From Candidatus Parcubacteria bacterium (GTDB lineage Bacteria; Patescibacteriota; Patescibacteriia; Patescibacteriales; UBA12465), in NCBI GenBank assembly GCA_023444045.1, contig JAEZRQ010000001.1, positions 2,000 to 65,999 of the forward strand: a DNA stretch of 64,000 nt, written 5' to 3'. Positions 27,468 through 36,586 of the stretch are shown in pieces (position 1 is the stretch's first letter; every line of letters begins with the position of its first letter). The position numbers and the translations under genes were made by a program. The notes under the pieces were generated by a model that saw only the letters and a program-made list of their open reading frames with translations, was not told where the DNA came from and searched no databases.

Positions 27468-28043
27468 TTAAATCTCTGGCTTGTCAATGCTTAACCTCTT
27501 ATCCAGCTCTTTTTGAATAATCTCGTAAACTTGGCTAAAAACTTCATTCTGATTGAGCTCTGTGGTATCTATAACATAGTCAAAATTACTAAGATCATGA
27601 GCATTAATACCAAAAAGTTGTTGATACCTTTTATCGTCACTAATTCTTCTCCTTTGAATACTGGCTAGAACATCCTCAAAGGTTGTCATATATTTGTCTT
27701 CGCCGTCACGGTTAGCCAACAAAATTCGTCTTGCTCCTTCCTCGTCACTAACATTTAAATATATTTTTAAAGAGTGGGGAATAAAATACCAAGAAGTTCT
27801 ACCCTCAATAACAAAGTTATCTTTTGTCTGGCCAAGTTTTTTCTGATATTCATCTACTTCCAAATCAGTGCTAGGGTCAGTTTCCCCTAATTTATTATAC
27901 TCTGCCAGAGTAAGACCTCTTTTTAAAGCTGCTTCCCGCCGCATCCCACCAATGTAATATCTTGGCCAACCCAAAGTTTCAGCCAGTCTTTTGGCGATAG
28001 TGCTTTTGCCAGAACCCTGATTGCCACTAATTGAAATAATCAT
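27468..28043 (-). CDS. Cytidylate-kinase-like P-loop NMP kinase (archaeal-type)
   Basis: MIISISGNQGSGKSTIAKRLA P-loop, ~190 aa, with the layout of the (d)CMP kinase-like family. Confidence 0.6.
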   Translation of the reverse strand: MIISISGNQGSGKSTIAKRLAETLGWPRYYIGGMRREAALKRGLTLAEYNKLGETDPSTDLEVDEYQKKLGQTKDNFVIEGRTSWYFIPHSLKIYLNVSDEEGARRILLANRDGEDKYMTTFEDVLASIQRRRISDDKRYQQLFGINAHDLSNFDYVIDTTELNQNEVFSQVYEIIQKELDKRLSIDKPEI

Positions 28044-28138
28044 TTTAGTTTGATTTGTCTTTTAGGCAATAACAGTTTATTATATAACTATCATAAAACA
28101 ATGTTTTAAAAAGGGCAATGCCCCTTTATTCTTTAATT

Positions 28139-31100
28139 ATGTATTTAGAAAAACTAGAAATTCAAGGATTTAAATCTTTTGCTAATAAAAATACTTTAAT
28201 TTTCCCCGGCTTGATAAACGGCGGAAAAAGAGGCCTCACCTCAATTGTTGGGCCCAATGGATCGGGTAAATCAAATATTGCCGATGCCATTCGTTGGGTA
28301 CTTGGTGAGCAGAGTTTAAAAACCCTAAGAGGTAAAAAAAGTGAAGATGTTATCTTCTCTGGCTCTGATCAAAAGAATCAGTTGAGTTTTGCTGAGGTTT
28401 CTTTAATTTTAAACAACCAAGATAAAAGTGCTTTAAGAAATATTAACGACTTACAAGTAGAAAGTAATGATGCTAAAGAAATTTCTGATTTTAATTTAGT
28501 AAAAGAATTTTTAAAAAGCGATGAAATTATTATTGCTCGCCGCATTTACCGTAGTGGCGATAGTGAATATTTAATCAATAACAAAAGAGTTCGCCTGGCG
28601 GATATTCAAATGCTGCTAGCTAAGGCCAGTGTCGGACAAAAAACATATAGTGTTATCGGTCAGGGAATGGTAGAAAATTTTTTAAATACTAACGCCTCTG
28701 AAAGAAAAGATTTTTTTGATGAGGCCACCGGCGTTAAACAGTTTCAGATTAAAAGAGAAATGTCTTTAAACAAGCTTGAAAGCAGTTATGAAAATCTGCA
28801 ACAAGTAGAAATGCTACTTACCGAAATTAGGCCGCGTCTTAAAAGCTTAACCAGACAAGTAGAAAGACTAAAAAAACGCAGCGAATTAGAAACTGAATTA
28901 AGCAACCATCAATTTAATTACTACCATTTCTTACATGAAGAAGCGAGTGTTAAATTGGAAAAAGCTAATAATAAGTTTTTAGAATTAGAAAAAATAAAAA
29001 TAGAAAAAGAAGACAAATTAGGTAAACTTAATGAAGAATTAAATTTAATTAGAAACACTAACAATTTTCAGGAGATTAATAGTTTACAGCCGAGACTGAA
29101 AGAACTTGAAATTGAAAAAAATCAGCTCCTTAAATCTTTAGCCAAACTACAAGCTGAACTGGAAATACAACTAGAGTCTCAGGGACAATTTGACATTTCT
29201 TGGTTGAATAATAAGCACAGCGAATTAAAAGCAAGTCTAGAAAAGATATCAAGTGAACTAACATCTCTAGAAAATAATCAAAACGAGACTGAAGAAAACA
29301 ATTACCAGACGGAGATAACTCAAATAGAAAAAGAGATCAATACGGCCTATGAAATTAGGCGCCAAATTGAGAAAAAAGAGGGGCAAAAAAACGAAATTCT
29401 AAAACAAATTAATAAGTTAGAGGCGGTTTTAGAGGCTAATTTAGAAGCCCAAGGACAATATGATGTTTCTTGGTTAAATAATAAGAAAGAAGAGCTAGCT
29501 TTGTCTCTTAACTCTTTAAATGATGAACTAAATTCTTTAGAGAAAGATAGTGGGAATGAAAAAAGTAATATTTTAAGAAAAGAATTAGAAGAGATTACCG
29601 CCACTTTAAATAAACTAAACCAGGAGTTACTAACAATTAAGAATGAGCTTAAAAAGCCTGGCGAAATAAAAAATAATCGCGAAGAAGTAAGTAGAGTGGT
29701 TGAAGAATTTTTAAACCGCCTAGAAGAAATTAGAAAAGAAAATGATTTGGAAAAAATAAAAAAATTAATAAGTGAGGCTAAAGCAAGCTTTCAAGAACAG
29801 ATAAAGGATTATCTAGCCGATGAAAATGTTGATAAAATCAACCGCATCAAAGAAATTCAAGATGAAATAATTGAGTTAGGCGAACAGAGGCAAGCGCTAA
29901 ATAGCCAGTTAAGTGAGGAGCGCTTACGTCTAAACTCCATTAACGAGCGCCTACGTTTGCTGAAGAATCAAAAAGAACAAAGCGAGAAGGAGGTTACTGA
30001 TATTGAGTTAAAAATTGCTAAAAGCCAAATTAAATTTGACGCCTCTGCAATTGAGACCGATAAAAATAAACATCTAAAAGAACTAAATATTTTAGACCAA
30101 GAAATAAAAGATTTAATTCCTCAAAGCCAAACTTACAAATTACAAGAAAAAAAACAGGTACTAATACAAAAGTTAAATGAATACCGTTTAAGCATCTCAG
30201 CAACCAAGGAAAGGGTTCGCTTATTAAAGAGCCAGAAAGAACAAAGTGAGAAGGAGGTTACTGATATTGAGTTAAAAATTGCTAAAAGCCAAATTAAATT
30301 TGATGCCAGTAAAATTGAAAGTGAGAAGTCTGAAATTAATAAACAACTGCAAATAGTTGAAAAAGAAATTGGTGAGATGGAAAGTAAAATTGCTAAAATA
30401 AATGAGGCTAAAGAAAAAGAAAAGGCTCAGATGTTTGCGCTGCAGAGCCGCTTACAGGAAGCTCAACAAGAAATTAACTCTTTGGCGGCCGAACTTAGTG
30501 ATTTAAAAATCGAAGCCACTAGACAAGAAACTAAACTAGAGGATATTGAAAACAATATTCGTAATGATGAATTAAATTTAGGTGAGATTAAAAATCACCA
30601 AATCAATGAAGAAGAGATTGATATCAATCGTTGGCATAAAAGAATTATTGAATGCAAAAATCAATTGGAATTAATTGGCGGTATTGATCCGGAAACGGAG
30701 AAGGAATTCAATGAAACCAAAGAACGTTTTGATTTCTTAAGTAAACAAACAAGCGACCTTAATGAAGCAGTTAAGTCTTTAGAAAAGATTATTTCTGAGC
30801 TTGATGTAAATATTAAAGACCGCTTTGACCATGAATTTAATATTATTGCTGAAAAATTTAGTGAGTATTTCAAAATCCTATTTAATGGCGGAAATGCTAA
30901 AATATTTAAAATAACTGAAGAGGAAAAAAATGATAATCTTGTCAGTGAACAAAGTTCTTCTGAAAATAGCAACCCCAGCAGTGATAACTTAAAGAAAGTT
31001 AAACTGCTAAAAAAGAGAAATGCTCTTGGTTTATCTGGCATTGAGATTCAAGCCACTCCTCCGGGCAAAAAAATTCAAACAATCTCCATGCTTTCTGGTG

Positions 31101-31381
31101 GAGAACGGGCTCTGACCGCGATTGCCTTAATCTGTGCTATTATCAGCGCCAACCCCTCTCCTTTTGTAGTTTTAGATGAGGTTGATGCCGCTCTAGATGA
31201 GGCTAACTCTGAACGTCTAGCCCAAATTTTAGATGACCTATCCAATCAAACACAATTTATTGTCATTACCCATAACCGTGCTTCTATGAAAAGAGCGAGC
31301 GTGCTCTATGGAGTCACGATGCAAGCCGATGGCGTCAGTAAACTGCTCAGTGTTAAACTAGAGGATGCCCCAAGTAAATAA
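28139..31381 (+). CDS. smc: SMC-family chromosome segregation ATPase with no recognisable hinge domain
   Basis: N-terminal head (MYLEKLEIQGFKSF...GPNGSGKSNIADAIRWVLGEQS...RGxxxEDVIF). C-terminal head (LSGGERALTAIAL signature, FVVLDEVDAALDE Walker B, ITHN). About 650 aa of uninterrupted heptad-like sequence lies between them. An ATG at 28118 is a possible alternative start. Confidence 0.85.
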   Translation: MYLEKLEIQGFKSFANKNTLIFPGLINGGKRGLTSIVGPNGSGKSNIADAIRWVLGEQSLKTLRGKKSEDVIFSGSDQKNQLSFAEVSLILNNQDKSALRNINDLQVESNDAKEISDFNLVKEFLKSDEIIIARRIYRSGDSEYLINNKRVRLADIQMLLAKASVGQKTYSVIGQGMVENFLNTNASERKDFFDEATGVKQFQIKREMSLNKLESSYENLQQVEMLLTEIRPRLKSLTRQVERLKKRSELETELSNHQFNYYHFLHEEASVKLEKANNKFLELEKIKIEKEDKLGKLNEELNLIRNTNNFQEINSLQPRLKELEIEKNQLLKSLAKLQAELEIQLESQGQFDISWLNNKHSELKASLEKISSELTSLENNQNETEENNYQTEITQIEKEINTAYEIRRQIEKKEGQKNEILKQINKLEAVLEANLEAQGQYDVSWLNNKKEELALSLNSLNDELNSLEKDSGNEKSNILRKELEEITATLNKLNQELLTIKNELKKPGEIKNNREEVSRVVEEFLNRLEEIRKENDLEKIKKLISEAKASFQEQIKDYLADENVDKINRIKEIQDEIIELGEQRQALNSQLSEERLRLNSINERLRLLKNQKEQSEKEVTDIELKIAKSQIKFDASAIETDKNKHLKELNILDQEIKDLIPQSQTYKLQEKKQVLIQKLNEYRLSISATKERVRLLKSQKEQSEKEVTDIELKIAKSQIKFDASKIESEKSEINKQLQIVEKEIGEMESKIAKINEAKEKEKAQMFALQSRLQEAQQEINSLAAELSDLKIEATRQETKLEDIENNIRNDELNLGEIKNHQINEEEIDINRWHKRIIECKNQLELIGGIDPETEKEFNETKERFDFLSKQTSDLNEAVKSLEKIISELDVNIKDRFDHEFNIIAEKFSEYFKILFNGGNAKIFKITEEEKNDNLVSEQSSSENSNPSSDNLKKVKLLKKRNALGLSGIEIQATPPGKKIQTISMLSGGERALTAIALICAIISANPSPFVVLDEVDAALDEANSERLAQILDDLSNQTQFIVITHNRASMKRASVLYGVTMQADGVSKLLSVKLEDAPSK
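29972..30043 (+). repeat. Intragenic direct repeat, copy 1 (SMC C-terminal arm)
   Basis: This 72-nt stretch is 70/72 identical to 30236-30307 and encodes KEQSEKEVTDIELKIAKSQIKFDA. Confidence 0.9.
30236..30307 (+). repeat. Intragenic direct repeat, copy 2 (SMC C-terminal arm)
   Basis: See 29972-30043. The copies are offset by 264 nt (88 codons). Confidence 0.9.
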
Positions 31382-31390
31382 AATCCAATT

Positions 31391-31414
31391 AATCCGCCTC
31401 GAGCGGATTTTTTG
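31391..31414 (+). terminator. Intrinsic terminator after smc
   Basis: atccgc-ctcga-gcggat followed by tttttt. Confidence 0.8.
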
Positions 31415-31477
31415 TCTTACTTTTTAATCTTTTTTTTGTTATAATAAAATTGATTTATTATCTTAGTTTTTAAACTT

Positions 31478-32845
31478 ATGCTTAAAAAGGTTACCGCCCT
31501 GTCACTTCTTTTAATTTTTATTTTAATTTCTGGCTTTGGTTGCAAAACCACGAGTAAAGAAGTTAAAGAGGCTACTAAAAAAATTACCCTAACTTTTTGG
31601 CAGACCTTTGATGATTCTGATGCTTTTACAGAAATAATTGCTAAATACCAAGCTTTACATCCCAATATTACTATTGAATACAAAAAATTCCGTTATGAAG
31701 AATACGAAAACGAACTTTTAAATGCTTGGGCTGAAGATCGTGGACCAGATATCTTTTCCATTCATAATACTTGGATAAAGAAGTATGAAAGTAAAATTGT
31801 TCCGCTGCCAGAACAAATTACTATGGCCTATATGGTTGAAAAAGGTGGTTTGCAAAAAGAGCTGGTTCCAGAACTTAAAACAGTAAAGAGTTTAACAACC
31901 AGACAATTAAAGGAAGATTTTGTTGATGTGGTGGCTGGTGACGTTATTTTGGAAGATGGTAAAATTTACGCCTTACCGCTATCAGTTGATACTTTAGCTC
32001 TTTTTTATAACAAAGATTTACTAAATAGTGCTGGAATAGTTAATCCCCCTAGATATTGGAATCGAGAGTTTCAACAAAATATTAAAAAACTCACCAAACA
32101 AGACCCACAAAAGGGCTTAATCCAATCCGGTATCGCTCTTGGCACAACCCAAAACATTAACCGTTTTAGCGATATTTTATCTGTTTTAATGATGCAAAAT
32201 GGTGCTGTTATGACCAGCGGTAATCAGGTCACTTTTCACACTGTTCCATCTTCAATTGGTAATAATTATAATCCTGGTTTAGAGGCGCTTCGTTTTTATA
32301 CTGATTTTGCTAATCCAATCAAAGAAGTCTATTCTTGGAACAATAGCATGGAAAACGCTTTAGATGTTTTCGCTAGTGGCCGCTTAGCCATGTTCTTTGG
32401 TTATTCATTTAATATTGAACAAATAAAGGCCCAGGCGCCAAAATTGAACTTTGGAATTACTAAATTACCACAAATTGAAGGGAATTCTTTAGAGATAAAC
32501 TTTGCTAACTATTGGGTACAAACTGTTTCTAAAAAAAGTCAGTACCAAAATGAGGCTTGGGATTTTATTCAATTTATGGCTAAAGAAGAAAATGCTAAAT
32601 TATATTTAGAAAAAACCAAAAAGCCGACTGCTTTAAAGAGCTTAATTAACCAGCAAAGAGATGATGAAAATCTCGGTATTTTTGCCGAACAGGTTCTAAG
32701 TGCTAAAAGTTGGTATCGGGGACGTAATATTAATGATGCTGAAAGAGCTATTGGAGAGATGATTAATAACGCCTTAGTTAATAGCGAAAAAATTCAAGAA
32801 ATTTTAAATAATGGAGCAATTCAAGTTCAACAAACAATTAATTAA
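31478..32845 (+). CDS. ABC-transporter extracellular solute-binding lipoprotein (sugar-type family 1), with no adjacent permease or ATPase
   Basis: Lipobox ISGFGC. The ~430-aa mature domain has features typical of sugar-binding SBPs (WQTFDD..., DIFSIHNTW, YALPLSVDTLALFYNKDLL). Confidence 0.75.
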   Translation: MLKKVTALSLLLIFILISGFGCKTTSKEVKEATKKITLTFWQTFDDSDAFTEIIAKYQALHPNITIEYKKFRYEEYENELLNAWAEDRGPDIFSIHNTWIKKYESKIVPLPEQITMAYMVEKGGLQKELVPELKTVKSLTTRQLKEDFVDVVAGDVILEDGKIYALPLSVDTLALFYNKDLLNSAGIVNPPRYWNREFQQNIKKLTKQDPQKGLIQSGIALGTTQNINRFSDILSVLMMQNGAVMTSGNQVTFHTVPSSIGNNYNPGLEALRFYTDFANPIKEVYSWNNSMENALDVFASGRLAMFFGYSFNIEQIKAQAPKLNFGITKLPQIEGNSLEINFANYWVQTVSKKSQYQNEAWDFIQFMAKEENAKLYLEKTKKPTALKSLINQQRDDENLGIFAEQVLSAKSWYRGRNINDAERAIGEMINNALVNSEKIQEILNNGAIQVQQTIN

Positions 32846-32850
32846 TTTAT

Positions 32851-33261
32851 ATGAAAAAAAATAAGAAAGTTTATTTTGCCCTACTACTTGCTTCTTTGCT
32901 CTTATTTATTGGTTTAAAAACTAGTTTAGCTACCAGTATAGTAGACACCAGTAACCCGGATTACAAAACCGGTAATTATGATCTCTCAGATGTTGGTAAT
33001 TATGCTATTTATATTATTGAATTAATCTTGAGTTTAGTTGGCACCTTGTCACTGATCGCCTTTATTTACGGTGGGGTAACCTTTTTAATATCAGCTGGTA
33101 GCTCTGATAAAGTTAAGAAGGGGATGGATATTATTAAGGCAGCTGTTGTGGGTCTAATAATAACATTTTCCAGTGTTTTAATTATGAATCTATTCTTTAG
33201 CGGCCTTGGGGTTTCCTGGAACCCCAACACGGGAGCAGTTTCTAGTAGTCCAAAAAAATGA
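32851..33261 (+). CDS. VirB2/TrbC-like two-TM pilin paralog (distal copy)
   Basis: Signal peptide, variable region, TM1, loop SAGSSDKVKKGMDIIKAAVVGL, TM2. This is the same architecture as the 35345-37804 array, though the loop here diverges from the WMTAxGN motif of the array. Confidence 0.6.
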   Translation: MKKNKKVYFALLLASLLLFIGLKTSLATSIVDTSNPDYKTGNYDLSDVGNYAIYIIELILSLVGTLSLIAFIYGGVTFLISAGSSDKVKKGMDIIKAAVVGLIITFSSVLIMNLFFSGLGVSWNPNTGAVSSSPKK

Positions 33262-33917
33262 CCGAATTTACAAGAAAAATTATCGGTAAAGACAGTTTAG
33301 GGGCTAGATTAAGGTCTGTTAGAGAGTTAAGGCAGATTGATATTGAGTTAGCCGCCAAAAGAACTGGAATTAGATTAGAGTATCTAAAGGCGATTGAAGA
33401 AGATCATATTGGAGCACTGCCATCGGGACTTTATGCAAAAAATTATATAAAAAAGTACGCCTCTTTACTTGGTCTTTCCAAAGAGGAAATTGATAATTGG
33501 CTCAAAAATAATATTGATATTATTAGTGACTCTTCCGACCCATTTTCACAGAAAGTACTAAGAAAAAAAGAGCTTATTGTTTTTCCAAAGTTATTAAAGA
33601 ATACTATTTTCATCATAATTTTTTTAATTTGTTTGTTCTACTTAGCGACTTACTTCAAAAAAATTATTTTTCCACCAGAATTAATAATTCATCACCCCAG
33701 TCAAAACTTGAAAACAACTGATAATTTTATAGAAATAAAGGGTGTGACAGAAAAAGAGGCGGAGATTAGCATTAATGGTGAATTGGTTTTAAATAATAAT
33801 AACGGAGAATTTTATTCTAATGTTAATTTAAAAAAGGGTGTTAATAATATTGTTATTACTGCCAAAAAGAAATATAGCCGCGAGGCTTCCGTTTTAAGAC
33901 AAGTTTTAGTTGAATAA
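33258..33917 (+). CDS. RodZ-like HTH membrane protein with a C-terminal Ig-like domain
   Basis: N-terminal HTH (LGARLRSVRELRQIDIELAAKRTGIRLEYLKAIEED), a single TM and a beta-rich C-terminus. Its start overlaps the upstream stop (ATGA). Confidence 0.6.
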   Translation: MTEFTRKIIGKDSLGARLRSVRELRQIDIELAAKRTGIRLEYLKAIEEDHIGALPSGLYAKNYIKKYASLLGLSKEEIDNWLKNNIDIISDSSDPFSQKVLRKKELIVFPKLLKNTIFIIIFLICLFYLATYFKKIIFPPELIIHHPSQNLKTTDNFIEIKGVTEKEAEISINGELVLNNNNGEFYSNVNLKKGVNNIVITAKKKYSREASVLRQVLVE

Positions 33918-34473
33918 ATATATGCTTAAAAAATCAGAGATAAGAATGTTTAACATTACTATCATTATTGAGAAGCTCAATATTAAGGAGGGTGACTTAG
34001 TAGCCGATTTGGGGTGTGGGCAGTTTGGTTATTTTGTCTTCAAAATCGCCCCAGTTGTTGGCCAAACTGGGCGAGTTTATGCAGTTGATGTCCTGCCACC
34101 AGTCTTAGAAGATATAAAAAAACAAGCTTATTTAGAAAATTATCCACAGGTAAGAACCGTGTGGAGCGATTTAGAGATTTTTAAAGGCACTAATATAGAA
34201 TCTTCTAGTGTTGATAAAGCATTACTGGTAAATGTACTAAGTCAATCAGAAAAAAAGGTTGACATAATTCGTGAAGCTGTCAGAATCTTAAAGAGAGGTG
34301 GCCTACTTTTAATTGCTGACTGGAAAAATGATGCCCTCCTTTTTGGCCCAGAGGTAGATAAACGATTAAAATTTGAGGCCTTAAAACAAGCCGCTGCAAA
34401 ATTAAATCTAACAACTATTGAGGAGTTTGAGGTGGGGGAAAATTACCATGCCTTACTTCTTAAAAAAATGTAA
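33910..34473 (+). CDS. Class I SAM-dependent methyltransferase
   Basis: Motif I VADLGCGQFGY and the post-I acidic motif YAVDV. Confidence 0.7.
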   Translation: MNKYMLKKSEIRMFNITIIIEKLNIKEGDLVADLGCGQFGYFVFKIAPVVGQTGRVYAVDVLPPVLEDIKKQAYLENYPQVRTVWSDLEIFKGTNIESSSVDKALLVNVLSQSEKKVDIIREAVRILKRGGLLLIADWKNDALLFGPEVDKRLKFEALKQAAAKLNLTTIEEFEVGENYHALLLKKM

Positions 34474-34476
34474 TCT

Positions 34477-34860
34477 ATGTCAAGTATTCTAACCCTACAA
34501 TTTTGGTTTAACTTAAGACCAGGGAGCATGGAAACTGCCCCCAAGACAGTTCTGATTGTTTTTTTACTAATTCTCTTGTTAGCAAGCATTATCTTCTTTA
34601 TTGCCAAGAGAAGAAAGAATTTCTACAAACCAGCTTTTTCCAGTTTTTATAATTTTTCTCTTTCTAACTTAATTATTGGTGGATCTTTACTATTTTTCAA
34701 TTATGAAATAGTGCCGTTTTTCTCTGCTTATTTCTGGTATTTAATTTGGTTTTTTGCCCTTATTTGGTGGTTGATTACTATTTTAAAAAAGACAAAGAAA
34801 TTAATGGTCAAAAAGATGGAGACAAAAGAAGAAGATACTATAAAAAAATACTTACCATAA
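34477..34860 (+). CDS. Hypothetical three-TM membrane protein
   Basis: Hydrophobic segments only. A terminator lies at ~34879-34908. Confidence 0.45.
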   Translation: MSSILTLQFWFNLRPGSMETAPKTVLIVFLLILLLASIIFFIAKRRKNFYKPAFSSFYNFSLSNLIIGGSLLFFNYEIVPFFSAYFWYLIWFFALIWWLITILKKTKKLMVKKMETKEEDTIKKYLP

Positions 34861-34912
34861 ATAAGCTAATAAATAAAAAACACGAAACCCCTCCTTTGTG
34901 AGGGGTTTTTAT

Positions 34913-35257
34913 ATGAACAAAAAAACTATTGGGAATTTCGGCGAAAAGGTAGCTGAGAGATACCTAAAAGACCGAGGTTATAATATTTTAGAAAGAAATT
35001 GGCGAGCAGGACACAAAGAAATAGATTTAATAATTTATAAAAAGCAGTTAATAGCGGTTGAAGTTAAAACAAAGAGTGTAAGTTGGTCTAAAGTTTTTAC
35101 CCCCGCGCTTAGAGCTGACCAGGTAGAAAGACTTAGAAAAGCTATAAGAAAGTACTGCCTATTACATAATTTTAATTACCAAACCAGCCGCCTAGACTTA
35201 ATTATTGTTTCCAAGATCAATAACCATATTTTTATCAAACACCACCTTGACATTTAA
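34913..35257 (+). CDS. yraN: YraN-family (UPF0102) endonuclease-like protein
   Basis: GEKVAERYLKDRGYNILERNWR...EIDLI...VEVK, a PD-(D/E)xK-like pattern typical of YraN. Confidence 0.8.
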   Translation: MNKKTIGNFGEKVAERYLKDRGYNILERNWRAGHKEIDLIIYKKQLIAVEVKTKSVSWSKVFTPALRADQVERLRKAIRKYCLLHNFNYQTSRLDLIIVSKINNHIFIKHHLDI

Positions 35258-35344
35258 CTCTTTATCCCCCATTTTTATTTGTCTTGTATTTGCCAATGTG
35301 CTAAAATATTTACATAATTATAAAAACTAGAAGGGTGGTGAATT

Positions 35345-35728
35345 ATGAAAAAAATTGCTAAACACTTGCTATCTTTATTCGTTTTAACTTTGGTTTTTGT
35401 GCCAGCTCTAAGTATGGCTGCCCTTGACACCACAAAGGTGGGAATCACTGGTGCAGACGGTATTGAAGGAAAGATAGACCTAGGAAAGAAAACACCAGTA
35501 GAAACAGCTACCAGCTTAATCAACTTTGGTATGACTTTCTTGGCTTTAATCGCGGTGGTAATCGTTATTGCCGCTGGCTTCAAATGGATGACTGCTGGAG
35601 GAAGTGATGAAAAGATTACTGAAGCAAAAAAGTTAATGACCGCCGGCGTTGTTGGTATTGTTATTATTCTTTCTGCTTGGGGTATCGCTAGATATGTACT
35701 CGAAAAACTTGTTACCGTTACTGCTTAA
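35345..35728 (+). CDS. VirB2/TrbC-like two-TM pilin paralog 1 (candidate major subunit)
   Basis: Signal peptide ...ALSMAA, variable region, TM1, GFKWMTAGGSDEKITEAKK loop, TM2. It has its own promoter (TTGTCT-17-TGcTAAAAT) and a strong SD (GGGTGGTG). Confidence 0.75.
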   Translation: MKKIAKHLLSLFVLTLVFVPALSMAALDTTKVGITGADGIEGKIDLGKKTPVETATSLINFGMTFLALIAVVIVIAAGFKWMTAGGSDEKITEAKKLMTAGVVGIVIILSAWGIARYVLEKLVTVTA

Positions 35729-35827
35729 TATTTTTTCGAAAATCGATTTTAGAAAAAAGTGGCCCTCATTTATTTAATGGGGGTTACCGCTTTGGAGCCA
35801 AAGTATTGGCTTCAGAGCAGTAAATAT

Positions 35828-36220
35828 ATGAAATCAATCAAAACTTTAATTTTATCTTTTTTAATTAGCCTTCCTCTATTGGGAGCCAATTTTGCTTTAG
35901 CTACTGTCACCGCCCCCCTAGATGGGTTGAAGGAAACTGGTGGGCAAATACCGGCTTATAATAGTCAAACGGGCGACACCAGAACAGCCAGAGAGTCTGT
36001 GCTTGATAAAATTGGCGGTATTGTTGGCTTAATTCTATCATTTTTAGGTGTTATCTTTTTAGGATTAACTGTCTTTGCTGGTTTCCTGTGGATGACAGCC
36101 CAAGGGAATAACGCCAAGGTAGAACGGGCTAAAGACTTACTAATTAATGCTGTTATTGGCTTAATAATAATTGTGGCCGCCTATTCAATTACCCTATTTA
36201 TTGGACGAGAATTAACATAG
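35828..36220 (+). CDS. VirB2/TrbC-like pilin paralog 2
   Basis: Same architecture, with loop GFLWMTAQGNNAKVERAKD. Start moved to ATG 35828 (MKSIKTL signal peptide). Confidence 0.72.
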   Translation: MKSIKTLILSFLISLPLLGANFALATVTAPLDGLKETGGQIPAYNSQTGDTRTARESVLDKIGGIVGLILSFLGVIFLGLTVFAGFLWMTAQGNNAKVERAKDLLINAVIGLIIIVAAYSITLFIGRELT

Positions 36221-36223
36221 TTT

Positions 36224-36586
36224 ATGAAAAAACGCTTTTTTTTACTAGTTTTATTAGGAATTATTTTTTTTAGTAACTCAATTCAAGCTGCTTCATATAA
36301 TTTTGAAATAGACAGTGGGGCGGCTCAAATAGCTAATAAAGCTCAGCTAAGTCAACAAAGCCCTGAGTTTTATGTTGGCTTAATTCTGGGTATTTTTTTC
36401 TCAATTATTGGTCTAATTTTTCTGGTTTTAATTATCCTTTCTGGTGTTAAGTGGATGACTGCCCAAGGTAATTCTGGTAGAGTTGATCAGGCTAAAGATA
36501 CTATTACTAAAGCAATTACCGGATTAGTAATAACACTGGCTTCATATGGAATAACGATGTTTATTCTTAATTTTGTTTTTAAATAA
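36224..36586 (+). CDS. VirB2/TrbC-like pilin paralog 3
   Basis: Loop GVKWMTAQGNSGRVDQAKD. 3-nt gap to the upstream gene. Confidence 0.72.
   Translation: MKKRFFLLVLLGIIFFSNSIQAASYNFEIDSGAAQIANKAQLSQQSPEFYVGLILGIFFSIIGLIFLVLIILSGVKWMTAQGNSGRVDQAKDTITKAITGLVITLASYGITMFILNFVFK

Noticed and set aside
29153-30310. Direct repeats inside smc that could be mistaken for a CRISPR-like or satellite array
   Set aside because: There are only two copies of each unit. They are in frame and encode coiled-coil protein sequence, with no repeat-spacer periodicity. They are treated as intragenic duplications.
31417-31683. 88-aa minus-strand ORF overlapping the smc terminator and the SBP start
   Set aside because: It spans a terminator and the signal-peptide region of a supported gene, with no support of its own.
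35275-35583. 102-aa minus-strand ORF overlapping pilin paralog 1, and 37121-37333 overlapping paralog 5
   Set aside because: The + strand frames belong to a seven-member paralog family with promoter and SD support. The antisense frames are hydrophobic mirror artefacts.
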